DNA of 64,000 nt from an uncultured virus (IMG/VR IMGVR_UViG_3300011885_000055) (lineage: Duplodnaviria; Heunggongvirae; Uroviricota; Caudoviricetes). Every line of letters starts with the position of its first letter. Within the stretch, counting starts at the first letter, position 1. Shown here piece by piece: positions 1-11,442 of the stretch. The translations under genes and the position numbers were made by a program. Below the pieces are notes generated by a model that worked only from the letters and a program-made list of their open reading frames with translations, did not search any database and had not been told where the DNA came from. Location of the stretch: IMG/VR virus record IMGVR_UViG_3300011885_000055; one strand, given 5' to 3'.

Positions 1-733
1 TTATTCCATTTTATTGCTGGATGTGTTGTTGTATATGTATATCTTATAATTATTCAGTGTTAATTCAAAATTTACATACGACTGAAGTTTTTGTGTAAAA
101 GCATTTATTATTTTTACAGGTTTGTACCTTGTAACTCTATTTATGAAATCTTTTCTAATTTCTCTACTCTCCAAAAAATTCCTCCATATCAAATTCCTCA
201 TTCCCTTTGTATCGCCGTTTAATGACTTTTCATGAATATTGTATAAAAATGTTTTAAATTGTATAGAATTAACTATTATCAAAAAAATACTCCCCATCAT
301 CTAAATTTATTTTCTTTAAAACATTAATTATATATTCTTAAATAGCTCCTCCAGCCTCGCCTTTACTTTCCCCTCTTGCCGGACCGATTGGAATTATTGT
401 ATTGTTATAAATGCGATATTCTGATTTATGTGGTGACTCTAGTAAAATAATTATAGTTTTTAAAGCAATATTTTCTAAATCATCTTTCACTTTTTGTTTT
501 GTAATTACTCGCTTTTCTACATTTACTTTATACCTTATTTCATCATTAACTATTGATTGTTTTGAGAAAAAACTATCAATAATCTTTATGTTACTTTTAT
601 TTAAAGATATAAACCTATTGCATGATTGTTTTAAAATATTAAACTCTTTTTCTATTAATTCTAATTCTATTTGTATTTTTGTATTATCAAATAGTTTAAC
701 ATTAAAATTTAAACTATACATACTTTGCCCCAT
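1..733 (-). pseudogene. Split hypothetical gene (ORFs 338..733 and 1..300)
   Basis: ORF 338..733 stops just after a conserved-looking LLESPHKSEY...PARG motif and coding-like sequence resumes about 40 nt later; probably one disrupted gene. Confidence 0.4.
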
Positions 734-773
734 TTATAACTTATCTACAAATTAATTGTACTATAACTACATT

Positions 774-1358
774 TTATAGAATTAATATTCCTCTCTCATC
801 ATAAATACTGCAACAACTACCTTGATTCCTAATTGCTCTATCCAATGCCATTATAAGTGCCACAGCTCCATCAATCTTCTCTGTACTTTTCTCTTTATCA
901 TGCTTAATATTTCCTGCTGGATCTGTCTTAACATAAATGTTATCCATCATCCATCTAAGCACTGGGTTTCCTCCATGTGCTATTTTCTTCTCTAAAGTGA
1001 GCTTCATTAATTCCTTAGAAGGAGGTGACATATCTTTATACCCTTGTCCAAATGGAACCACTGTAAATCTCATTCTTTCTAGGTCCTGCACCATTTGTAC
1101 TGCTCCCAATCTATCAAAAGCTATTTCTTTAACATTATATTTAGTATGAAGTTCCTCTATAAATGTTTCTATAAATCCATAGTGGACCACATTACCTTCT
1201 GTGGTTTTTATAAATCCTTGTTTCTCCCATACATCATAAGGTACATGATCTCTTCTCACCCTGAGTTTTAGATTATCTTCTGGAATCCAAAAGTAAGGAA
1301 TTACTATATATCTTTCATCAGGTGTTCTTGGAGGGAAAACTAAAACAAAAGCAGTAAT
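774..1358 (-). pseudogene. terL: Phage terminase large subunit, C-terminal fragment only
   Basis: Reads ITAFVLVFPP...YFWIPEDNL...RRDHVPYDVW...HGGNPVLRWMMDN...EKIDGAVALIMALDRA, a typical TerL nuclease C-terminus; no ATPase half upstream. Confidence 0.85.
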
Positions 1359-1389
1359 GGAAGTTCATCGAAAATAACTGAATACACAT

Positions 1390-1546
1390 TAAGACCATGC
1401 TTTGATATAAATTCTTCAGCTTCTTTCTACCATGCATAAGCTTCACAGTATTCTGCCAAATCAACCATATCAACTTCAGTTAATACTCCAAGTTCCTCAA
1501 GTTCTTATATTTCATTTGACTTTGGTTTTCTCCCTCTTTGTGCCAT
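1390..1546 (-). pseudogene. terS: P27-family terminase small subunit relic
   Basis: RBS GGAGGTG then MAQRGRKPK; in another frame GVLTEVDMVDLAEYCEAYAW*KEAEEFISKHG, with stops and frameshifts; abuts the TerL fragment. Confidence 0.7.
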
Positions 1547-1624
1547 AGGTTTCACCTCCCATCTTTAAAATCTTTTATAAGAAAAGAGCCTACTTTATTT
1601 AGTACACTCTTTTAAAAATACTTA

Positions 1625-1906
1625 TTATTTAATACACCTATCTATAATTTTGGCTAGTTCAATATATTCATCACTCCAACCACTATCAATTGCTATCTCT
1701 TGTAAATCACCAGTAGGGGCAAATAAAAGTGAAATTTCCTTTTTACATGATAAATCATTAGTTTTAAGTTTAGCTATATATACATCTAAATCACTAATTA
1801 ATTGTTTTTCACTTTCACATGTTGAATAACTTAAATCCATTTCATAATTTTCAATTATTTCCCTTACCTTCTCTAAGGCTTTTATAACTTCTTTTATTTC
1901 ATTCAC
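1625..1906 (-). CDS. Hypothetical protein (93 aa)
   Basis: ORF with RBS-like AGTAGG; LFAPTGDLQEIAIDSGW motif; function not recognised. Confidence 0.55.
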   Translation of the reverse strand: MNEIKEVIKALEKVREIIENYEMDLSYSTCESEKQLISDLDVYIAKLKTNDLSCKKEISLLFAPTGDLQEIAIDSGWSDEYIELAKIIDRCIK

Positions 1907-2010
1907 CTACTTTAACCTATCTACCACTTTGTTTTAAGTTCATCTGTCTGCAGATATAACCCTACTTTCAAACCACCATTTCTCTGAGTCTTAGTGTTTA
2001 CCTCAACTTC

Positions 2011-2928
2011 TTATTTTATATTCAGTAGCTTTTTCAAACCTTCTTCTGCTCCTGCGCTTTCAAAATCTGTCTGTCCATGCATTATTCTAACTAATTTATA
2101 TCCATGCTTACTGGCTTCAATATCTCTTATACTATCATAATAAGCTCTTGTTTCGTCTCGATTGACTGGTTGTCTATGTTTTGCATTTATATCATTACAT
2201 GCCTTTATCCATAGTTGTCTATCAAAGTACACTGAAATATCTGGATAAGACAACAAAGATATTTTTCTTGCTTTTGAAAAATGCTGCCTTTCATCATACT
2301 CAATAATCAATTTTTCACTTTCACAAACAAAGTCACATCTTAATTGAACTTTCCTCTTTCCAAATGTATCATCTCCTCTGTAGTGAGATAGCGATTTGTA
2401 TAGATTCTCATAATCTCCTTCTATTATATCTGGTGTCCTCAACCAAGGAAATGTTTTTTCACATACAATGTCTCCATCGAACATTCTATTAAGCAATAAC
2501 TGTAATGCATTTTTTTGCTCTATGACAGCTTTTGATGGAATTTTAATTTTATCCGCTGATACCTGTTTTTCTGCAGGTGCTAACTTAGATTGTACTGTTT
2601 CAACATTCTCTTTCGATTGTTTTTGCTTTATAACTAATCTTGTATCTATATGCTCTGATTTACCTGTATAAAACATTTCAAATCCCAGTCTTTCAAAAAA
2701 ACGCACCGTCTCCATGCCACCACCAAAATCATTCTTGCTGATTTCTTGTCCATATGCTACCTTATATGCCATTCCACGAATATGCTTGGCTGGAAGCTTC
2801 TTACCATTATATATAAGAAATGTAGACTTCGGGCTTGGATACTCTGGATTTTCAATGTGAAAAAGCTCAATTGCTTTTATGACATCTTCCCTTGTAATAT
2901 CCAACCAATTGAATTTTGTCATTTTCAC
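2011..2928 (-). CDS. Putative endonuclease (N-terminal recognition-like domain plus C-terminal PD-(D/E)xK/Vsr-like domain)
   Basis: N-terminal ITREDVIKAI...YNGKKLPAKHI...FGGG...FFERLGF; C-terminal LRCDF...LIIEYDERQHF...YYDSIRD. Confidence 0.5.
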   Translation of the reverse strand: MKMTKFNWLDITREDVIKAIELFHIENPEYPSPKSTFLIYNGKKLPAKHIRGMAYKVAYGQEISKNDFGGGMETVRFFERLGFEMFYTGKSEHIDTRLVIKQKQSKENVETVQSKLAPAEKQVSADKIKIPSKAVIEQKNALQLLLNRMFDGDIVCEKTFPWLRTPDIIEGDYENLYKSLSHYRGDDTFGKRKVQLRCDFVCESEKLIIEYDERQHFSKARKISLLSYPDISVYFDRQLWIKACNDINAKHRQPVNRDETRAYYDSIRDIEASKHGYKLVRIMHGQTDFESAGAEEGLKKLLNIK

Positions 2929-3207
2929 CTCTCCATTTCATTCTTCTAAATTTGTTATAAATAATCCTCATCATCATTTAACACTTCACCATTAAACACA
3001 AATAAGTCATCAATTTAGATGTACCCTCGAATATACTATGTCAAATCAGCATCTGCAACGAATACTCCACCACAAAGCGATCCTTTGAAAATATATTTTT
3101 TATTCTCTACATCCGTTATTTCCATTTCCCAAATATCTATATCCGTTGCATAGCAAACCAGTTGTTCTACTTTATCTTTTGGAGAAGGTTCCATGTAAAC
3201 CTAGATA

Positions 3208-3429
3208 TTATATTTTTATTGTATTTAGTAAATCTTTTAATGTTTTTAACTCATCACTAGTTAATGTAACACCTTTACCTATTTTTTCATGTCCTGGTGC
3301 CCATTCTCTTAAATCATATTTAACCTATTTATCATTCCATCTAATTAAATTTAATTCTTTTTTCCATCCCTTAGCTGCTTCTGAAAGAACCCCTACAGTT
3401 TCTTTTATTTCAAATTTGATATTATCCAT
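3208..3429 (-). pseudogene. YdbC/PC4-like ssDNA-binding protein with an in-frame TAG (not in the ORF track)
   Basis: Manual translation MDNIKFEIKETVGVLSEAAKGWKKELNLIRWNDK*VKYDLREWAPGHEKIGKGVTLTSDELKTLKDLLNTIKI; TAG at 3325-3327. Confidence 0.8.
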
Positions 3430-3439
3430 AAATTCACAC

Positions 3440-4090
3440 CTACTCTTCTCCAATTCCTTCTACTAAAAGCATCGCCTTGAATATTGAAATTAATAAATGA
3501 TAAAAAATATCTTTACTTTTAATATCATCAAATAAATCATCTAATGATATTTTTGATATAACTATCCACTCTTTACCTTCATATTTTAATATTTCACCAT
3601 TAAATTCTTCTATAAATCTTTCTTTTCGATTTTCCTTTTTAGCTCTATCTTTTTCTAGACCTCTATATAATCTAACTAAAGCTCCGTTACCAGCTAAGTT
3701 AGTTATATTTTTTACTATATAAAGATTTTCCTTATCCTTAAATGCTTGTGATAGTTCTAACTGAAAACTATAGTCATGGAATTTAGATGAACCAACTATA
3801 ATATGAGTATTTTTTAATCTTGTTTTATATCCCCAATCTCCAAAACTTATAAATACTTCATGTAATTTATTTTTATACTCTAGTACATCATATTTATCAT
3901 TATTATCCATTAAACAGAATTCATTCATATCATATTCATGACGTTCTGACTTATAGCTTTCTGTAATGTTAAAAGCATTGATTTTATATTTACTATCTAA
4001 TACTTCTATATTGATTTTTTCTTTCAATCCTGTTCCATTTAATATATCTTTAATTCTATCTGCTTCATTTTGTGTTATTAATTCATACAT
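3440..4090 (-). CDS. Hypothetical protein (216 aa)
   Basis: Long ORF with RBS; no family recognised. Confidence 0.55.
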   Translation of the reverse strand: MYELITQNEADRIKDILNGTGLKEKINIEVLDSKYKINAFNITESYKSERHEYDMNEFCLMDNNDKYDVLEYKNKLHEVFISFGDWGYKTRLKNTHIIVGSSKFHDYSFQLELSQAFKDKENLYIVKNITNLAGNGALVRLYRGLEKDRAKKENRKERFIEEFNGEILKYEGKEWIVISKISLDDLFDDIKSKDIFYHLLISIFKAMLLVEGIGEE

Positions 4091-4180
4091 ACTCTCATCC
4101 CCTAATCTGAACTGAATATTCTCTATTGTGATATGTTTCCATTAGTACCTATACTCTTATATCATAATACTTAATACATT

Positions 4181-5329
4181 TTACTTGTATTTTTCTTTAA
4201 AAAATCTTGCTGTGCTATCAATATCACAGAATACTGTTGACTCATTAATATTAAATAACTTAAGTTCTTCTAAAATTGACTCCTTATAAGCAGAAGGTAT
4301 TAATAATACTTTCTGCTTATAGTCATTTTTATTAACATTAAAATCACCACATTTTCTTTTTTCCTTTTTTATACCAAAAATCACAAATGCACCACTTTGA
4401 TTTATTATTCTATCTATAGACCATTTAGGCTTTACTACTAAAGAAAAATTATCTAAATTCCTCATATCTACCTTTGGTAAAAAATATGCTTTTTCATCTC
4501 TAATAAAATGTACTAACTCTGATATTTGTTTAATCTTATTGAATTCATTTATTTTATCTGAATAAAACTCTTCAACCTTACTTTCTCTATCTGGTGCATG
4601 ATATCCAATAATTCTTAACCATTCACTTCCTACAAATGGATTATAACTAGATATATTAAATTCTTTCGAGCATTTTGCTATATTTGTAAGTACACTCACA
4701 GTATCACTATCATAATATTTTATTTTTTCTTCTGGAATATTAAATATATTTACCTCAGCATGTTTATTCTTCTCATTTTCACTAGATTTACAGGCAAAAA
4801 ATAATGCTATAAGTGGATTATCTGTTAAATCTAATAGTCTAGTTGGAATTCCATGATGTTGCATTTTAACCAATTTATCTAGTGTTGTCTCACAATCATT
4901 AAAAAAGTGAGGTTTTGATGAAATAATATCTCTAAACAATTTATCTTCTTTATCTAATATATTTTTATTATCTTCCCTATATATAGATGGTTGTAATAAG
5001 TATTTATAATTAGAATGTCCTCTATAATAAACTTGAGAATCTTGATTTCTATCTATTTTTAAAATATTTGAAACATATTCATTTAGATTCTTTATTATAG
5101 TTATATCAACTCTATTTTCATCATAAAATATTTTATACTCATTAAAATCAATATCTTCATCTTCTTTAAATGATATTTCAGACAAATTGCAATTACCAAT
5201 TTCTTTTTTTAAATTCTGTATGTTTCTTTCTTTAGTTTGTATAACTGAATCCTTATCACATATTTTATCTGGTAGCTTTATAATACAATAACCCTTTTGA
5301 TTAAATATATCTATCCATACTCTCCTCAT
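4181..5329 (-). CDS. FRG domain protein
   Basis: YYRGHSN...LQPSIYR...MQHHGIPTRLLDLTDNPLIALFFAC...RIINQSGAF motifs; likely start ATG 5329 after GAGGG. Confidence 0.85.
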   Translation of the reverse strand: MRRVWIDIFNQKGYCIIKLPDKICDKDSVIQTKERNIQNLKKEIGNCNLSEISFKEDEDIDFNEYKIFYDENRVDITIIKNLNEYVSNILKIDRNQDSQVYYRGHSNYKYLLQPSIYREDNKNILDKEDKLFRDIISSKPHFFNDCETTLDKLVKMQHHGIPTRLLDLTDNPLIALFFACKSSENEKNKHAEVNIFNIPEEKIKYYDSDTVSVLTNIAKCSKEFNISSYNPFVGSEWLRIIGYHAPDRESKVEEFYSDKINEFNKIKQISELVHFIRDEKAYFLPKVDMRNLDNFSLVVKPKWSIDRIINQSGAFVIFGIKKEKRKCGDFNVNKNDYKQKVLLIPSAYKESILEELKLFNINESTVFCDIDSTARFFKEKYK

Positions 5330-5372
5330 ATCTATCCCTCTTTTTTTATATAAAAATTTAATTGCACTTCCT

Positions 5373-7398
5373 CTAAACCCTATACTCCCCATTCTTCTCA
5401 GCTACCATATCTAGTGATAATTCATCCATATCAACATTTCCACACATAAGCTCTGCCTGTCTCATAACTACTTCCAAAGCATGCTTTGCTTGTTCTGGTG
5501 GATAATCATATTTTTTTAACAATCTCTTTATTATTCTTCTCATACCTGCTTGAGCACTTTTCCTTACACTCCAATCTATAGTAATATTATTTTTTATAGA
5601 CATTGTTAGCTCATGGGCTATTTTCTTTAGTGTATCATCATCCATAAATTCTTTAATTATATCATCAGCAGTTAAAGCATCGTAGAAAGCTATTTCATCA
5701 TCATTAAGTCCTAAATCTTTTTCTTTATCTTTCATTGCTTTTATTTCTAGAGCCATTTTAATAAGCTCTTCTATTACCTCTGCATTAGTTATAGCTTGAT
5801 TTCTATATTTATTAAGAGCTTTCTTTAGTTTTTCTGAGAACTTTTCAGACTTAACTAAATTTCTTTTCTCCATGGATTTTAAATTTCCTTCAAGAAGTTT
5901 TTTAAGCATTTCAACAGCTAAATTTTTATATTTAATAGCTTTTCCTCTTCTAAGAACTCTTCTGAAAGAATTGAAACTTCTGGTCTTTTAATACCAAGTG
6001 TATCAAAAACATCAATGACTTCTTCTGATATAATGGATCTTTCAAGCATCTGATTAACTCTTGCTTCAATTTCTTTTTTTGATTTTTTTATAACATTTTT
6101 TGAGTCAAGTTTTGCTAAACTTGCTTTAACAGCCTTAAAGTAAGCTACTTCTAAAGCTAAAGCTTTACCGACCTCTGTTGCTGCACATAAGGAATGAGCT
6201 TTCGCTAGTTCAATTGCAAACTGTTTAAATTCCTTTTGCTGCTTTTCTTCCATACCTAGAACTAAATTCATACCACTAGTTATAGCTCTAATTCTAGCAG
6301 CTTGAGAACTACCCATATATGCTGAGTAATCTAGTCCATGAACCATATCACGAAGAATTTCAAGTTTTTCAATCATTACAGATATTGCAGCTGATGTATC
6401 TATACCTGTATTTTGCTTATCATTATCTGTATATTGCTTCAGTGCTTTTTTTAAGCTCTCAAGAATTCCAAGATAATCAACTACAACACCACCTGATTTA
6501 TCTTTGAAAACTCTGTTTACTCTCGCTATTGCTTGCATTAAATTATGTCCTTGCATTGGCTTGTCTATATACATAGTATGCATTGAAGGAACATCGAAAC
6601 CAGTAAGCCACATATCTCTAACAATAACTATTTTTAGCTCATTGTTATTATCCTTCATTCTTTTAGCTAAAGTATCACGTCTTTGTTTTCCATCTATATG
6701 CTTTTGAAGTCTTTCACTATCAGCCGCACTTCCAGTCATTACAACCTTTATTTTACCTTTATTAACATCATCACTATACCAATCTGATCTAATCTTTATG
6801 ACTTCGTCATAAAGGTTTACAGCTATTCTTCTACTCATACATACAACCATAACTTTACCATCAATAGTTTTAGCTTTTTCTTCATAGTGTTAACTATATC
6901 TTCTGCCAGCTTTTTAACTCGGTTTGGTGATCCTACAACAGCTTCTAATCTTGACCACTTTAACTTATTATATTTCTCTCTGTCATTATCCTCTTGACCT
7001 TCTGTAATTTCTTCAAATTCCTCATCTATTTTTTTAAGTTCTTCATCATCAGTTTCTAATTTAATAATTCTATTTTCGTAGTATATTTTAACAGTAGCTT
7101 CATCTTCAACAGCTCTTGTCATATCATAAGTATCAATACATTCCCCAAATACAGATGTAGTTGATCTATCCTCTAAATCTATTGGTGTACCTGTAAATCC
7201 TATAAATGAAGCATTAGGAAGAGCATCTCTTAGGTATTTTGCATAACCATACTTAACTTCACCAGTTTTAGTGTCAGTTTTTGCTTCTAAACCATACTGA
7301 CTTCTATGCGCTTCATCTGCAATGATGATAACATTTCTTCTATCCGTAAGTGATGGCATTTCGCCATCTTCTGGCTTAAACTTTTGAATAGTAGTAAA
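5373..7398 (-). pseudogene. hsdR: Type I restriction subunit R, frameshifted and N-terminally deleted
   Basis: [43 protein letters not shown] and a DUF3387-type C-terminus, split over three ORFs; nuclease and Walker A region missing. Confidence 0.9.
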
Positions 7399-7754
7399 TG
7401 ATATGCAGATGTACTTGTTTCAGCAACTGCTTGTAAATATTCTGAATCCACTAAATCTTCTTTTGCTGATAATACTGAAAAACCAGTAGAAGCAATTAAA
7501 TTTTCTTCAATTTTCTTAATTATTCCATAGTGCTTTTGATTTGGTCTAACTGTAGATATTAGAATGTCATTTTTTTCTACTTTTCTCTTCGCTCTACTTG
7601 GTAATTTATCTTCTCCAATAATTAATTTTTGCAAATTATCTATTATACCTTCAGTCAAATTGGAAGTATCTAAATAATTAATAAAATCTAAATTATCCTT
7701 TGTCGATAGATTATTTTTATTTGTATTACAAATATCAGAAACTTTAAAACTCAT
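7399..7754 (-). pseudogene. hsdS: Type I specificity subunit S, N-terminal fragment fused to hsdR by deletion
   Basis: LPSRAKRKV...DILISTVRPNQKHYG...IASTGFSVL TRD motifs; runs directly into hsdR sequence. Confidence 0.8.
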
Positions 7755-8685
7755 ACCCAATCCCTCCTAGATTCTTTCTTATCTTATCCTCTAGACGTCT
7801 TGATTTTACAAAGAGTTCTCCTATTTCACTTGTTAATGCTTCCATCTTATCTTCAAAGGGAATTCCATCATCTTCTGCTTCTTCTATCCCTACATATCTA
7901 CCTGGTGCCAGTACATATTCATGCTCCCTAACATCTTCAAGTTTTGCTGCCTTACAAAATCCTTGAATATCTTCATAATTACCATTAATATTTCTATAAC
8001 AGTGATAAGTTTCTGCTATCTTTTTAATATCCTCATCACTTAATTCTCTATGTCTTCTATCAACCATTTCTCCTAAGTTTCTAGCATCTATAAATAGTAT
8101 TTCATCTTCTATACTTCTAAATTTAGGATTGTCTTTTCTATTTCTATTTAGTATCCATAGGGAAACTGGAATTCCTGTGGAGTAGAATAACTTATCTGGA
8201 AGTGCTACAATTGCATCTACTAATTTTCCTTCTACTAAATTCTTTCTAATTTCTCCTTCATTAGAAGTATTTGAGCTTAGTGCTCCATTAGCAAGAACTT
8301 TACCTGCACAACCATTTGGTGCTAATTGGTATACCATATGCTCTAGCCATGCATAATTTGCATTTCCTTCTGCGGTGTTCCATATTTCCATCTTACATCT
8401 TCTGTTAATTTATTTCCACCCCAGTCGCTTATGTTGAATGGAGGATTGGCTAGTATGTAGTCTGCTTTTAACATCTTATGAAGATCATTATGGAAGGTAT
8501 CATCATGGTGTGGTCCTAAATTTCCATCTAACCCTCTTATCGCAAGGTTCATTCTGCAAAGCTTCCAAGTTGTTGAGTTCAGCTCTTGACCATAAATTGA
8601 TAAATTTTCTATCTTTCCTTTATGCTCTTCTACGAACTTTTCACTTTGAATAAACATTCCCCCTGAACCACAAGTTGGGTCGGTT
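7744..8685 (-). pseudogene. hsdM: Type I methyltransferase M, N-truncated and frameshifted
   Basis: [23 protein letters not shown]; frameshift near 8380 then GNANYAW...LFYSTGIPVSLW...LAPGRYVG; sequence upstream of DPTCG is unrelated. Confidence 0.9.
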
Positions 8686-8763
8686 AAGACACCAACTTTG
8701 ATACAATCAATAAAAGGGTGTGCATTACCGTGTGCAAGGCAACCTCCTATAGTCTTATCATAA

Positions 8764-9231
8764 TTAAGCTCGATTATTATCAATAAATTTCTCGATATCA
8801 CTCCATTGTATTTTGTTTTTTATAAGCGAAACCATTTTATTTCTAGCAATAAAATCATTGTTAGCATAAATATTATCATTCGATAGGATTTCATCTACCA
8901 CTTCTTTTACTTTGTCTTGCTGGCCACATACCTCGGCTATCCACAACAAAAGTTCGGGGCATCTCAAACTGCACCACGAGCGTACTTTTTCATCCTTAAA
9001 ACCTGGATTATCATTAGTTTTGCATTTATACCATGAGTAATTAAAATGCCACTTCTGATTGGGTTCTCCTTCTAATTTATAAATCATCACACCATCTTCA
9101 ATTGCCTTGTGAAGGTATGTTCCATTTCCGCTACTTGTCTGCTGATATCTACTAATAAACCGTGTTGTATGTTCCGGTTTACTTTCTCTATTATCATCAC
9201 TCAAGAAACAATAAATTTCCTTATAAGTCAT
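8764..9231 (-). CDS. Hypothetical protein (155 aa)
   Basis: ORF with [22 protein letters not shown] motif. Confidence 0.55.
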   Translation of the reverse strand: MTYKEIYCFLSDDNRESKPEHTTRFISRYQQTSSGNGTYLHKAIEDGVMIYKLEGEPNQKWHFNYSWYKCKTNDNPGFKDEKVRSWCSLRCPELLLWIAEVCGQQDKVKEVVDEILSNDNIYANNDFIARNKMVSLIKNKIQWSDIEKFIDNNRA

Positions 9232-9300
9232 ATACTTTATTCTCCTCCATTACTTACTTTTTATCAAGGAGAGCATTGCCATCAACAACAGCTACTGCAT

Positions 9301-10203
9301 TTAAATATCAGAATCGATTTTTTCATCAACAAAGCGATACTCTTTCTTTACTAGAGCATCTGGATTATCTCGCTCTTTCTCTTTTGTATAAGGTCGAACA
9401 TGAATCACTCTACCATCTGCCAAAGTACGTTCATGCCCTCGAACGCCCCAAGCCGGTAATGTATACTGACGGCCAGAATCCATTGCACCATATTTTATTT
9501 CATTACCTTCTTCATCAATACCTATTACCCTTTTTACAAGAATTATGGAATTATCTTTTTTCGCATTGCTCGATTCTGTATTTCTGCAATAGGACCTCTT
9601 TGCTCTACAACCCTTACTTCTTGTGGTCTGTTATTAAGTTCAAATTGTATTCCTAGCCATAAATTACCTAACCAATAAGAAATTTTAGCCAAATCGTCAA
9701 ATGTGAAATAATCTAACGTTTCAATATTAATAAAAACTGGTTGAATATAAGCAACTTCGTCCTGGCTTATTTCAACAATAGCCGCCTCCATTTCCATGCC
9801 TGTGTCTTTATCTACAAAACAAATTGTAAATGCACAGTACACAGATTTGTTTATGTACTTGTATGTTGCGTAGATTCCATATACCTCTGCTGTTGGTCTT
9901 AAGTGTTGTATATTTGCTAGTAAACCACCAATTTGCGAGTCAGGATTCACTTCTCCAAATACATACATTTCAAAATCTTTCATTGTTATAGGTTGTGAAA
10001 AGAAATCGATATCTCTACCAATTAGCGAAATCTTATCTGCTTTTTAATCAGTAAGGTCAAAATAATCTAACTGCTCGGTAAAATCATACATTTTATCTTG
10101 TATTGAAACTTCTGAAAATTTAGTTTTTTCATCAATGCATTTATTCCAATACCAAGTTATATCATCTGAAGCTGATGGTAATTTGTCATACTTAAAATTC
10201 ATT
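9301..10203 (-). pseudogene. Fragmented hypothetical gene(s)
   Basis: Collinear ORF pieces 9543..9983 and 9301..9483 (WGVRGHER...VRPY) after an RBS near 10210; internal stops. Confidence 0.4.
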
Positions 10204-10220
10204 CAACTACCTCCATTTCG

Positions 10221-10418
10221 CTATTTAGGGTCTGATTGTATTTTTGCTAGAGTTTCAAGAATCTGTTTACTGATATCCTCCGGGTCATGATTTAGTGCCT
10301 CGCAAACAAACCTAAGACCATCCGGTGTTAGTATTCTTCCATCGGCTCTATCTCTGCACAACTGCATATAGTCCTCATATTGCTTTTTGGTTATTGTAGG
10401 CATTGAATCACTCTCCAT
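10221..10418 (-). CDS. Small hypothetical protein
   Basis: ORF with GRILTPDGLRFVCEA; likely start ATG 10403. Confidence 0.5.
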   Translation of the reverse strand: MESDSMPTITKKQYEDYMQLCRDRADGRILTPDGLRFVCEALNHDPEDISKQILETLAKIQSDPK

Positions 10419-10421
10419 TTT

Positions 10422-11024
10422 TTATTCTAAATGTTCTTTATACCATTCGCTTATGGCATCTCTATCCGAATCGAAGAACTGTGTCGAAATATAAAAATCT
10501 ACACCTTCAAAATTTAAAGCTTTGGCTATATATCTCTTTTGAGTTGAATTACCCATGTTGTCACTTCTATTATTTGCTATCGCTGGATAATCGGTTAACT
10601 GGAATAAAGATTTTGTATATTCCTTTGTTCTTAGTTTTTCAATTTCATCTGATGAAATATTTGATGTTGTAACTAAATTCTCAATCAAATTGTAAAACAG
10701 TTTAGCAACCGGGATTACTCCCTCTAACCATGTATCTTCATCATTGATATCAAAAGGTATTTCAGATAAAGAAAAACTAAAATCTTCAGTATCAAGGCTC
10801 ATTTTTAATAATAGGTCTTTAATGAACGATATGATGTTATTAGCAGAAAGGTTTGCTTCATAATATATTCCGCTATTATCAATCTGTTTTGCTTTTCTCA
10901 ACTGTCTATTATCATTTGTTATATATACTCTTGTTGCATTTGGAATAGAGTAATTATGAGTAGCCAAATCGGTAAATAGTTCTGTATCCAGATCATACGC
11001 AACACCGATGAACTTAGTTAGCAT
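10422..11024 (-). pseudogene. Probable C-terminal fragment of a restriction-associated protein
   Basis: IYYEANLSANNIISFIKDLL motif seen in C-termini of restriction-associated proteins; no clear RBS; upstream sequence looks like a deletion junction. Confidence 0.4.
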
Positions 11025-11146
11025 TTTGAATCAACAAGCGTTGCTCCACTAGGTATAATCGCTCTGTATAATTCAACTTTATCTAAAGCCCTATTGTTCA
11101 TTGTTTTTGCAATCTTATCTGCAGCAGTAGGTATCATTTCAGAAAT

Positions 11147-11407
11147 TCATGCAACACCCTTTTTGTCTTTAATCTCAAATAGCGCTTTATCATCAATGAA
11201 ATGCGTCAACGGCAGTTGCTCAATTTTAACAATATCACTATTCTGAAATCGATCTTCTTCAAGTGAATCAAGCTTAAAAAGCCCTGTTTCATTGTAGCCT
11301 TCATCCCTTGAAATCGTTGTTTCTGTTCTTTTCCTTTGGACAACGAAAATCAAGACAGCTATTAATATTGTTATTATTCCGATTAGAAAGTACTCCATGA
11401 TTTTCAC
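11147..11407 (-). CDS. Membrane-anchored hypothetical protein, probably truncated
   Basis: N-terminal TM helix YFLIGIITILIAVLIFVV followed by KRKR-like basic residues. Confidence 0.45.
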   Translation of the reverse strand: MKIMEYFLIGIITILIAVLIFVVQRKRTETTISRDEGYNETGLFKLDSLEEDRFQNSDIVKIEQLPLTHFIDDKALFEIKDKKGVA

Positions 11408-11442
11408 CTCTCATTTTGCGGCAATTAATACTGTAAGGCTTT

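Noticed and set aside
3325..3327. In-frame TAG as stop-codon recoding
   Set aside because: TAG is an ordinary stop elsewhere in the window and neighbouring genes are also decayed.
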